Virus record (IMG/VR): IMGVR_UViG_3300042540_001015
DNA from: an uncultured virus (IMG/VR IMGVR_UViG_3300042540_001015)
Taxonomy: Duplodnaviria; Heunggongvirae; Uroviricota; Caudoviricetes
Length of the DNA stretch: 64,000 nucleotides
Strand: one strand, 5' to 3'
Shown here in pieces: positions 25,554-34,800 of the stretch. Made by a program: the position numbers and the translations under genes. Within the stretch, counting starts at the first letter, position 1. The number at the start of each line of letters is the position of its first letter. The notes beneath the pieces were generated by a model that was not told the DNA's origin, searched no databases, and saw nothing but the letters and a program-made list of their open reading frames with translations.

Positions 25554-27014
25554 ATGGAAGCCTCCGCCAAGATCAAGCAACTCCTCGACGAACTCGCGGC
25601 CGTCCTCGCTGAGATGGGCGCGCTCCAGGAGAAGGGCGAGGTCGAGGACACCGAGGCTGGCGAAGAGTCGGTCGAGGAGAAAGGCAAGACGGAAGGCCAC
25701 GAGGACGCCGAGTACACGGAAGAGGAAGACGAAGAGCAGACCGAGAAGAAGATTCGCTGCCTCTGCGAGCGTGCCGAGAAGATTCGCGACAAGATCAAGT
25801 TTTACGAGGGCGTGGCGGTCAAGGAACTGGAACTCCGCACCGTTCTCGACAAGGCGACCCCCGCTTCGGTGGCCGCTGTCTCCCCCACTCAGGCCAAGGA
25901 GGGCCGATCCGTGACCCAGATTTATCACAACCTTCCCGGTGCCGGTCGTCTTCGCGGCTTCAAGGGCCCCAACGCCGAAGAGCGTGCCTACCGTGCGGGG
26001 ATGTTCTATAAGGCTCAACTGTTCGGCGACAAGGACGCAGCCCGCTGGTGTGCCGATCACGGCGTGATCGACAGCCGTGCGATGGGCGAAGGCGTGAACA
26101 GCCTCGGCGGCGTGTTTGTCAATGAGGAGATTCTCAACGAGGTGATTGTCCTCGTCGAAGAGTACGGCGTGTTCGCCAAGAACGCCCGCAACGTCAACAT
26201 GAACTCGGACACGCTCATTGTGCCGCGTCGAGTTGGCGGCCTGTCGGCTTACTTCATCGGCGAGAACACGGCGATTCCGGATTCGGACGCCTCGTGGGAT
26301 CGCGTGCAACTCGTAGCCAAAAAGGTCGCGGTCTCCAACAGGATTTCTTCGGAATTGCTGGAGGACTCCGTACTCTCGTTGGGAGATTATTTGACCACTG
26401 AGACAGCAAGAGCCCTTTCGATCTTGACAGATCGCGTCGGCTTCGTCGGGACCGGCAGCGGTGACGACGGCGGTATCATCGGTGTCTCCACGAAGATCGC
26501 CGACGGTGCCCACAACGGCAGCCTCGTGACGGCCGCGACCGGCAACACTGCCGCGACCACCCTCACGATCGACGACTTCGTGAACACGGTGGCGCGGCTT
26601 CCGGTTTACGCGCGTGCCCGTGCAGCATGGTATGTGAGTCCGGCCGTGTTCGCCGCCAGCGTGCAGCGTCTCGGCCTGACCAACAACGGCAAGTTGACCG
26701 GCGGCAACTCCGCCGCGAACCTCGCCGAGGCTCCGGAAATGCGACTGCTCGGATATCCAGTGAATTTCGTTCACACCCTTCCGAGCGGCCTCGGTGCCGA
26801 CCCCGGCAAGGTGCAGTTCCTGCTCGGCGACCTCAGCCTCAGCACGATGTACGGCACCCGTCGCGGCCTCCAGGTCAAGACCAGCGTGGACCGCTACGCG
26901 GAACTCGACCAGACCCTGATCGTCGCTTCGATGCGTATGGATTGCGTCACCCACGACGTGGGCGACGCGACCAAGGCGGGCCCGGTTGTCGGTCTCCGCA
27001 CGGCTCTCTCTTGA
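25554..27014 (+). CDS. major capsid protein, HK97 fold with N-terminal delta (scaffold) domain
   Basis: acidic coiled-coil N-terminus, SR|AMGEG...GGVFV, ISSELLEDS, LLGYPV, LLGDL. Confidence 0.93.
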   Translation: MEASAKIKQLLDELAAVLAEMGALQEKGEVEDTEAGEESVEEKGKTEGHEDAEYTEEEDEEQTEKKIRCLCERAEKIRDKIKFYEGVAVKELELRTVLDKATPASVAAVSPTQAKEGRSVTQIYHNLPGAGRLRGFKGPNAEERAYRAGMFYKAQLFGDKDAARWCADHGVIDSRAMGEGVNSLGGVFVNEEILNEVIVLVEEYGVFAKNARNVNMNSDTLIVPRRVGGLSAYFIGENTAIPDSDASWDRVQLVAKKVAVSNRISSELLEDSVLSLGDYLTTETARALSILTDRVGFVGTGSGDDGGIIGVSTKIADGAHNGSLVTAATGNTAATTLTIDDFVNTVARLPVYARARAAWYVSPAVFAASVQRLGLTNNGKLTGGNSAANLAEAPEMRLLGYPVNFVHTLPSGLGADPGKVQFLLGDLSLSTMYGTRRGLQVKTSVDRYAELDQTLIVASMRMDCVTHDVGDATKAGPVVGLRTALS

Positions 27015-27064
27015 TGTACGGACACGGTAACCACTAACAAAACCCTCCCTGGAGCAGTTCTCAA

Positions 27065-27496
27065 ATGAACCACCTCGAAGCCACGAAGACCGACGCTCGT
27101 GTCAGTGCATCTGTCGCGACGAACGCCACCCACAGCCACGAGATCGACACCTACGGGTACGAGTATGCGTCGATCGACGTGGTCTTCGGTGCCTACTCCG
27201 CCGCGACCAGCCAGTACGCGACCGTGCTGAAGTTGCAGCAGAGCGACACGGCCGGTTCGGGCCAGACGGATATCGCCGCCTACACGGTGACGGCCGGTGC
27301 CGGTGCGACGACCCCCGCGACCAAGGGTGCCGTGTGCCGCTACAACGTCGACCTCCGTGGCAAGAAGCGTTACCTGACGGTCGTGACGACCCCGGGCAAC
27401 GCGGTGCCGGTGGTGACGGTGGCTCGGCTCGGCAAGGGCAACGAGGCCCCGTACAACGCGGCCACCGCTGGCGTCAACAACTACGTTTCCGGCTGA
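27065..27496 (+). CDS. capsid decoration/cement-like protein
   Basis: follows MCP; IDT.GY...KLQQSD...KRYL pattern. Confidence 0.65.
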   Translation: MNHLEATKTDARVSASVATNATHSHEIDTYGYEYASIDVVFGAYSAATSQYATVLKLQQSDTAGSGQTDIAAYTVTAGAGATTPATKGAVCRYNVDLRGKKRYLTVVTTPGNAVPVVTVARLGKGNEAPYNAATAGVNNYVSG

Positions 27497-27564
27497 GTCA
27501 AGGACGGCTCACCTGGGCATGGATGCCCAAGCCATTTTTCCTCGGAGGGCTTGGAGCACGATGA

Positions 27565-28338
27565 ATGCGAGTTGCTGTCGGTTCGTTCGAGCACGACGTT
27601 AAGGTTGCTGCTTGCCTGAGCGTTCCACGCTTGGGCTTTCAGGACAATTTCTTCACGGCGTTCTCGGCCCTGGCCCCTCATGGCATCACGATCACAAAAG
27701 GCACGGGGGCCTTCTGGGATCAGACCATGTCGAGGATTCTCACCGATCTCTCCAAGGAAGAGACCGGGAACGACCTGATCCTCACGCTCGACTACGACAG
27801 CGTGTTCGAGCCTGACTGCGTGTCCCGGCTCGTGTCGGCCCTGCTCGTCAGTGGAGTGGATGCAATCGCTCCTCTCCAGATGAAGCGTGACGACAAGACT
27901 CTCATGTTCACTCCGGCTGGCCTCGCGAGCGACGACGGCCCCGTGACGGTGAGCCTCCCGGTCGAGTGGTGGGAGAAGCCAGCCCAGCCAGTGGACACGG
28001 CGCACTTCGGCCTCACCGTGATTCGCACGGCCGCCCTGCGGAAGACGCCCAAGCCGTGGTTCATCGGAGTGCCCAACGCGGAGGGCGACTGGGGCGACGG
28101 CAGGCGAGACCCAGATATATTTTTCTGGCACAAGTTCCGCGAGGCAGGCAACACAGTCGCCGTGTGCCCCCAGGTGGCGATCGGCCACGCCGAGTTGGTC
28201 ATCAACTGGCCTGACCAGAGACTCAAGACCATCTACCAGTACCCGAGTCACTACTGGGAGTCGGGCGGAAAGCGTCCCCCCGAGGCGTGGGGGAGCGATG
28301 ATCACGCCACGAAGTCAATGCAGAAGGTAGGCCAATGA
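27565..28338 (+). CDS. GT-A-fold glycosyltransferase-like protein
   Basis: LTLDYD (DxD), HFGLTVI, KPWF, DIFF, IGH motifs. Confidence 0.65.
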   Translation: MRVAVGSFEHDVKVAACLSVPRLGFQDNFFTAFSALAPHGITITKGTGAFWDQTMSRILTDLSKEETGNDLILTLDYDSVFEPDCVSRLVSALLVSGVDAIAPLQMKRDDKTLMFTPAGLASDDGPVTVSLPVEWWEKPAQPVDTAHFGLTVIRTAALRKTPKPWFIGVPNAEGDWGDGRRDPDIFFWHKFREAGNTVAVCPQVAIGHAELVINWPDQRLKTIYQYPSHYWESGGKRPPEAWGSDDHATKSMQKVGQ

Positions 28339-28547
28339 AAGTTCGATTGCTGAAAGACTGGAATTTCTACAAGGTCGGGCAAGTCGCCGACGTGTTCGAC
28401 CCTCTCGCCAGGAACTGGATTCAGTCCGGCCTAGCCGAGGAGGCCGTCGAGGCCCGCGCCGTCGTCGTCGAGCGAGCCGAGGCGTTCAACGATGGAATCG
28501 AGCGGGCCGTCGTCACTGAAAAGAGACGCAAGCCGAAGGAGGCATAG
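28335..28547 (+). CDS. small head-associated protein
   Basis: MKVRLLK...GQVADV...A..WI..GLAE, typical position after the capsid genes. Confidence 0.6.
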   Translation: MKVRLLKDWNFYKVGQVADVFDPLARNWIQSGLAEEAVEARAVVVERAEAFNDGIERAVVTEKRRKPKEA

Positions 28548-29186
28548 TTGTACCCGTCCAAGACCGACCGATACCTCGCCGTCGTCTCCCGCCAGAACCT
28601 CCGTTACAGGTCCCTGGTTCGTCTCACTGAGCCCGTCGTCGAGCCCGTGTCGGTCGCCGAGGCGAAGAATCACCTCCGCATCGACAGCGACTTCACGGAC
28701 GACGACCTGTATATCCAGAGCCTGATCACTGCCGCGAGGCACTACGTCGAGAACCACGTTGACCGCACTCTCCTGCGGACTCAACTCCAGATGAAACTCG
28801 ACTACTTTCCCGTCTGGGACCTTCCGCTTCCGCGTCCGCCGGTCATGTCGGACCCGGTCGTCGTGCAGTACGTCTCTTCAGACTCGTCGCTCGTTACCTT
28901 CACGAACTTCCGCACCGACCGCGACGCGACCCCTGCCGTCATCCGCCCGCAGTGGAACGGGACGTGGCCGACAGTTCGCGGTGCAGAGAACGACGTCGTC
29001 ATCTCGTGGTGGGCGGGCTACGGAACCACCGGAGCCAACGTGCCAGTCCCCGCCCGCCACGCGATGCTTCTTATCCTCAGTCACTGGTATCGCAATCGCG
29101 AAGCGATTTCCGAGAACAGGTTCGCCCCCGTCCCCATGTCCGCCGAGACTCTCCTGGGGACCGTGAACTGGGGGCAGTACCGTTGA
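28548..29186 (+). CDS. head-tail connector (HK97 gp6/phiE125 gp8-like)
   Basis: EPVSVAEAKNHLRID...LITAAR...AGYG...HWYRNRE. Confidence 0.9.
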   Translation: MYPSKTDRYLAVVSRQNLRYRSLVRLTEPVVEPVSVAEAKNHLRIDSDFTDDDLYIQSLITAARHYVENHVDRTLLRTQLQMKLDYFPVWDLPLPRPPVMSDPVVVQYVSSDSSLVTFTNFRTDRDATPAVIRPQWNGTWPTVRGAENDVVISWWAGYGTTGANVPVPARHAMLLILSHWYRNREAISENRFAPVPMSAETLLGTVNWGQYR

Positions 29187-29515
29187 TCAACTCCGGCGAC
29201 CTCCGCCATTCCGTGACCGTCCAGGTGGCCTCCCCGGCAACAAACGCCTACGGCGAGACTGTTTTGACGTGGTCGAATTTCGCCACGCGGAGGGCGGCGA
29301 TTGAGGGCAGGACGATCCGGGAGACGATGAGTTTTTCGCAACCGTACACAAGCGGCTCATACGACGTCAGGTTTCGATATCTACCGGGCCTGTCTCCTGA
29401 CATGAGGCTCGTGTGGACAAGCCGGACGCCGAATCGAGTCCTCGACATCCTGGCGGTCACTGAACTTGGGACGAGAGAGGGCCACCAACTTGTTTGCAGA
29501 GAGGACGGAGGATGA
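29183..29515 (+). CDS. head closure / head-tail adaptor (SPP1 gp16-like)
   Basis: GDLRHSVTVQ...YGE...W...RY...DMRL; TTG start overlapping the upstream stop. Confidence 0.8.
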   Translation: MINSGDLRHSVTVQVASPATNAYGETVLTWSNFATRRAAIEGRTIRETMSFSQPYTSGSYDVRFRYLPGLSPDMRLVWTSRTPNRVLDILAVTELGTREGHQLVCREDGG

Positions 29516-29916
29516 TCAGCCTCGAAATCCAAGGCCTCGAAGAGACGATCGCAGCCATCCGGGACGTGCCGACCGTGCTCGACCGGGAGAAGGCGTTCAG
29601 CGAGGTCGCTTCTCAGTTCAAGGATCGCCTAATCGAGGTCACCCCGGTCGGCTACAGCGGTCGGCTCAAGAGGTCCGTGATCGCCGAAGTCGAGGCCGAT
29701 GAGGCCCGAGTCGGGTACGAGTCCGGAGTCGAGACTGCCGGAAACCCGAAACTCGACAGCGTTCTCAGGGTTCGGACCCGTGGCCGCAGTGTGCTCTGGG
29801 TGCCAGTCGACGACCTGGAGGAGACGCTCGCCCAGGAGTTCGAGGACTTCGAGGGCGTAGCCATGTCCGTCCTGGAGGCCTCTTTCGCGGAGTCGCTCGC
29901 TAATGCCAGCACCTGA
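29512..29916 (+). CDS. HK97 gp10-like neck protein
   Basis: IQGLEE...TPV..SGRLKRS; synteny. Confidence 0.7.
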   Translation: MISLEIQGLEETIAAIRDVPTVLDREKAFSEVASQFKDRLIEVTPVGYSGRLKRSVIAEVEADEARVGYESGVETAGNPKLDSVLRVRTRGRSVLWVPVDDLEETLAQEFEDFEGVAMSVLEASFAESLANAST

Positions 29917-30298
29917 GACTTGGCTCAGAAAGGCCCTCGACGACGCCACAACAGCGAGCATCCACCCGGTGCTTGCTCCGCAGAACACTTCCTTCCCGCT
30001 AGTCGTCTACCGCCGCTCCGCCACTCGCCGCGAGCGAGGCTTTGGCGGGAATTTCGGAGTCCCGGTGGCGACCTTCTCAGTCTCGATCGTGTCCAATTCC
30101 TACGCCGAGGCGAAAGACATCGCTGATGCAATTCGATTGAGGGCCGACAACTTTACGGGCGATTTTTCAGGTGTGAAAATCATCACAACGGCACTGACCG
30201 CCGAGAGCGACAACATGGAACGTCCTCCGGAAGGCCAGTCGAAACCGCTGTACAGGGTCGATCAGGTCTACGACGTTCGCTTTCAAGAAACTGTTTAG
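29903..30298 (+). CDS. tail terminator (DUF3168-like)
   Basis: APQ...PLVVYRR...SY.EAK.IADAIR; synteny. Confidence 0.75.
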   Translation: MPAPETWLRKALDDATTASIHPVLAPQNTSFPLVVYRRSATRRERGFGGNFGVPVATFSVSIVSNSYAEAKDIADAIRLRADNFTGDFSGVKIITTALTAESDNMERPPEGQSKPLYRVDQVYDVRFQETV

Positions 30299-30319
30299 CG
30301 TCCAAGGAGGGACGAAAAA

Positions 30320-30691
30320 ATGGCATACGAGTCTTCGCAGGGAATCGGGTTCTCTTTCTCCGGTCAGGCCTTCACGGCCAACTCGATCCAGTTGAGCCAG
30401 TCGGTTTCCGAGATCGACGTTTCCTCGCTGTCCGACCCCACCGGGTCGTACCGCTCGTTTCGACCCGCCCCGATCCGTGAAGCACCGGAACTCCAGATCG
30501 ACTTCGTTGGCATGGCTCTCCCGCAGATGACCGCGACCGGCGCGATCTCCTGGACGATCGCCGCGAGCGGGTCGAATGCTGGCTTCACGACCGGCATTCC
30601 GGCGAATGCTCTCTGCACCTCGGCTAGTGTCACCGCAGCGGTCGGCGAACTGATCAAGGGTCAGGCCACGTTCCGGCTGACGGCGACCTAA
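30320..30691 (+). CDS. tail tube-like protein 1
   Basis: SSQG...EIDVSS...VGELIKG.ATFRL; synteny; strong RBS. Confidence 0.65.
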   Translation: MAYESSQGIGFSFSGQAFTANSIQLSQSVSEIDVSSLSDPTGSYRSFRPAPIREAPELQIDFVGMALPQMTATGAISWTIAASGSNAGFTTGIPANALCTSASVTAAVGELIKGQATFRLTAT

Positions 30692-30720
30692 GCAAAGCCT
30701 CCTGGCCTGGGAGGTGGCTT

Positions 30721-31143
30721 ATGGCTGTGAAGGACGCAGTCTCCTCTCAAGGGATCGCATGCGCGTGGGGGACGACTGTCATCGAGGTGACGTCCCTCCA
30801 GTACAACCGTTCCGCCTCTGCGGAGATCGACATTACGGGGGTGGACTCGGCTGCGACCACCGACCCAAACTGGTCCACCAGACGGGTCGTGGTCAAGTCG
30901 ACCGAGTACGGGGTAGTCGACCCCGGCGAGGTTCAGTTGGAGTTCGTTGCAAATGCAGCCGTAATGCTTCTTCGGGATCACGTCGGCTACAAAAGATTGT
31001 TATCGCTCAGTAATAGCCCGGCTCCCGGGGGCGTCGGGCCTGTTAACGTCTCTGTTAATGCCATCCTCTCCCAGTTCTCGATCCAGTCCCAGGTCGGAGA
31101 GGTGGTTCGGGGCAACTGTACGTTCAGGCTCACTGAGTTTTAG
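30721..31143 (+). CDS. tail tube-like protein 2 (paralog)
   Basis: SSQG...EIDITG...VGEVVRG.CTFRL, similar to the preceding gene. Confidence 0.6.
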   Translation: MAVKDAVSSQGIACAWGTTVIEVTSLQYNRSASAEIDITGVDSAATTDPNWSTRRVVVKSTEYGVVDPGEVQLEFVANAAVMLLRDHVGYKRLLSLSNSPAPGGVGPVNVSVNAILSQFSIQSQVGEVVRGNCTFRLTEF

Positions 31144-31194
31144 AATCAGGTTGTACGGATACGGTTTCTTTCTTTCCTGAAGGAGTAGGTAGGC

Positions 31195-31560
31195 ATGGCA
31201 TTTTTAAGCAAGGCGGCGATTCTCGCTGCCAAGGACAAGAAGATGGTCGAGGTCACCGTCCCAGAGTGGCTCGACGAGAAGGGCGAGCCGGGCGTGGTCA
31301 ATCTCCGTGTCCTCACGGGGACCGAGCGAGACCGTTTCGAGTCCGAGTTCGTGGGCGGCAACAAGAGCGTGGACATGGTCCGCGCCAAACTCGTGGCGAA
31401 GTGCCTGTGTGACGCCGAGGGCAACCGGCTCTTCACCGAGCAGGAGATTCCTGCCCTCGGCGAGAAGTCGGCGGCCGTCCTCGACAGGCTCTTCAGTCAG
31501 TGCATGAAGTTGAATCGGTTCACGAAGGAGGACGTCGAGGACCTCGCGGGAAACTCCTAG
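31195..31560 (+). CDS. tail assembly chaperone (gpG-like)
   Basis: VPEW...LTG.ERD.FE...GN.LF; ends with G GGA AAC slippery site. Confidence 0.85.
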   Translation: MAFLSKAAILAAKDKKMVEVTVPEWLDEKGEPGVVNLRVLTGTERDRFESEFVGGNKSVDMVRAKLVAKCLCDAEGNRLFTEQEIPALGEKSAAVLDRLFSQCMKLNRFTKEDVEDLAGNS

Positions 31561-31856
31561 GCCGTCCGAGGCGGCGTTTCGAGTTCAGGCTGGCGTTGGC
31601 ACTCGGCAAGACGCACAGGCAACTCCTGGAGGAGTGCGATGCAGATGAACTTGCCGAGTGGGAAGCCTACTGGCTCATCGAGCCGTGGGGAGACGAGTGG
31701 CGACAAACCGCTCGTCTCGCCACGGCTCTTTGCACTGCCTGGGGCAGCAAGAACCTTGAAGAGGAAATGATCATGCCGTCTCACCGCAAGCCTCCGCAGC
31801 CCGCCGAGGTGATGGTGGGCGAGTTGATGAAGGTCGCAGCCATAATGAAGAAGTGA
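31548..31856 (+). CDS. -1 frameshift extension of the tail chaperone (gpGT-like)
   Basis: GGGAAAC at 31548-31554; the -1 frame is open: LALALGKT..QL....ELAEWEAY...EPWG. Confidence 0.85.
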   Translation, partial: GKLLGRPRRRFEFRLALALGKTHRQLLEECDADELAEWEAYWLIEPWGDEWRQTARLATALCTAWGSKNLEEEMIMPSHRKPPQPAEVMVGELMKVAAIMKK

Positions 31857-31860
31857 TTGA

Positions 31861-34800
31861 ATGGCGACGATTGGCACACTGTCTGTTGCTTTTCGTGCGG
31901 ATACTGCCGCCCTTGAATCGGGCGTCGAGTCCGTCATTGCCTCGATGGCCGCCGTCGGCAATGCCGTCGGCGCTCTGCGAGAGAAGTTGAGCGGACTGTC
32001 GTCGATCGCGATTTCCGTCGATGCCTCGCAGGTAAAAGAGGTCGCGAAGTCCATCGAGTCGCTAAAGTCTTCTGTTGATGATTCTTCTGCGTCTATTTCC
32101 ATCGACGTCGCGTCCAATGGCATTGAAGACTTGCCGACCGCTGTCGAGTCGATCGAGGAGATGGCCGACAAAGCCTCCGAGTCTGAGAGGGAAGTTAGTC
32201 GGCTCGGAGAGGCGATAAAGCAGTTCGCCGAATCGGCGGAGGACGGATTCACAAGGAGCAGGCGAGATGCCCTTGATGGTGCTGAGGCATACTCGGCCGC
32301 AAGGCAGTCTGTGCTCTCCCTGGCAGGTGCCACGCAGGGCGCGCTCTCGGCCATTTCGGCGAGCGCATCGTCTGCGTCGTCCGCCGTCGGCGGTCTGGCG
32401 GCCGCGTTCGCGGCCGTGACCGGAAGCGATAGAAGTCTCTCGCGAGTTGCCGATGCCTCGATCACCGCCGCCGGTCGCGTGTATGACTCTTATGAGACGG
32501 TCAGGACGACGCTCGTAGAAGTGATCCCAAACGCCGCCGCTGCGGCGAGGGCCTCTCTCTCGACCCTCGTCGGGACAATGGGCGGATTCTCGACGGTAGT
32601 CGCCGCTGCGGGCGGCAGCGCGGCGGCCACCGCCGTCGCCGTCGCGAGCCTCGGGTCGGCAATCGTCAGCGGGGTAGCCTCCGTCACGACCTACGCAGCG
32701 GTCATGGCGATTGCGAAGTTTGCAACGGCTGGCTTGAGCGAGGAGACCCAGGCGTATGTTATGAGGGCCGCCTCGGTTGTTGGTGTAATTGCCGCCAGTG
32801 TCGTGTCCGCCAGGGCGGGGGCCGCCGCCTTCACCTTGATTTCAAATGCGATCTGGACGTCTGCCTCGGCGTCCGAGGCGTTCACGAAAATTTTCACCGG
32901 AGTTGCATCGGGTCTGACGGCCTCGATCGGGCCAGCACTGCGAGTTGCTTCGGCTGTCGGTCAAGTTGTCACCGTACTGCAACTCGTAAACGCAGCCTCG
33001 ACCGGAAGCGTTCCTGCATTTGCCGCAGCCGCCGCGTCTGCTGTTGCTTTCTCCGCCGGAATCGGCGCGCTGCGAGGTGCCGCCGCCGCCGCAACTGCCG
33101 GGACCTCGCTCCTTGGCGGAGCCCTCGGGGGAGCCGCCGCAGGCCTCGCGTCCTTCGCCGCTGCCTTGCCGACCACAATCGCCCTGTCCGTGGCGGCTGC
33201 CGTCGCGTTCGGTCGTGTCGAGAAAGCCCTGCGGCACGTCGGCGACAACGCCGAGTTGCTCGGCAACTTGTCCGATCGGTTCGGGCAGCCTGTGCAGGAG
33301 ATTGAGAAACTCAAGATCGCTGCCGAGCAGTCTGGCGTTGCCCTGAACTCGGTCGTCCGCGCGCAGCAAATCTTCAGCCAAAACGTCTCGAAGATCAAGA
33401 TCGGCAACCTGGGCGTCGCTCAGACTCGCGAGGCGAGCGCGGCCATGAAGCAGTTGGGCATCAGTGTGCAGGACCTCCGCAGCAAGAAGCCGGAAGACCT
33501 GTTCATCGACGTGGCCCGAGAAATCTCTAAGTTGCCAGACGCGACCAAAAAGACCCAGGTCGCGATGGACTTGTTCGGCAGGACGGGCCCGGCCCTACTG
33601 CCTCTTCTCAAGAATCTTGAGCAGGTCAACAAGGACATCGGCCGCCTCGGCGGCACAATCAGCGATCTCGACTTCGAGCGGTTCTCCGCCGTCGACCAGT
33701 CGTTCGATAGGCTGAAAACGGCCTCTGGCGCGATGACCGACGACCTCGTGATCCCGTTCACGAGGATGCAGGAGGCGTGGAACAACGCGTCTGCCGAAGT
33801 CATCGGCGGGCTCGCGCCGCTCGTCGGGGCGATCGGCGAGGTAGTCGCCGACCTCTCGACGCCGTTCGCCGTTATTGTCGAAGTGGCGGGAAGAGTGATC
33901 GGCATCTTTGCCAGGATCGCCGCCGCCGTCACGAAGATTGCGACAGCATTTCTTCCGGTGTCTGCGACGGCAACTCTTTTTGAGTTGCTGGGAGACGCCG
34001 TCAACGCTCTGCTTTCGCCCGTCGAGGGCCTCGTTAATGCGCTTGAGGCATTTGCTTCGACGGTTGAGGAGTTCATGCGGCCGACTGTGGAGGGTTTCCT
34101 CGCAATTGGCGAGCGAGCGGCTGAACTGCTCAACATCTTCACTAGATTTCTTGGGCTTGGTGATATTTTCGGGAGCACGACAGCGTCCCTGCTCGCTCTC
34201 GGGGCCGCGTACCTTGCAGTCACGTCTTCTTCTCAAATCTTTACTGCCGTCATGGCAACGTCCGCTGGTGCAGCCATCGCAAGCGCGGCCACGACGGCGG
34301 CCGCCTGGGTCGCGGCAGGTGTCGCAATCGCCGCCGCCCTAGTCGGCGGGGCCGTCGTCGCCATTGGCCTGTATGTCGCCTCCGTGATTGCCGCGACCGC
34401 CGCGACGATCGCCTCATGCGCAGCGATGCACGTCGCGTGGCTATTTGGCCTGGGCCCCCTCGGGCTTCTTATCGCTGGCGTTGAACTTCTCGCCCTCGGG
34501 GTCGTCGCCCTTTACGCCCTCGGCGGGAGTATCGTCGACTTTTTTAGCGGCTGGGGCGAGGGGCGGAAGGAGATCGATGGAGCAACCGCAAGCGTCGAGG
34601 AACTGGCCGCCGCCGCAGCGGAGGCGAATCAGGGCTCAGGCATTGGCAAAGACGCGAAAGCATTGGCCGACTCGCTCGCCCCCGCTGGCGGGGCCTCTTC
34701 TGGCACTGCCGAAGTCAACTTTGGAGACGACGCGAGGACGGCAGAGGCCGAGTTCGGAAAGGCCCGCGAGGCGGCTGTCCAGTTCGGAATGTCCTTGGGG

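Noticed and set aside
25305..26954. Long minus-strand ORFs (also 56086-57504, 48757-50019 and others)
   Set aside because: They are antisense shadows of GC-rich plus-strand genes with clear motifs and show no recognisable domains.
31548..31554. -1 frameshift in the tail chaperone as a novelty
   Set aside because: This is the well-known lambda G/GT-type frameshift; it is listed as a feature only.
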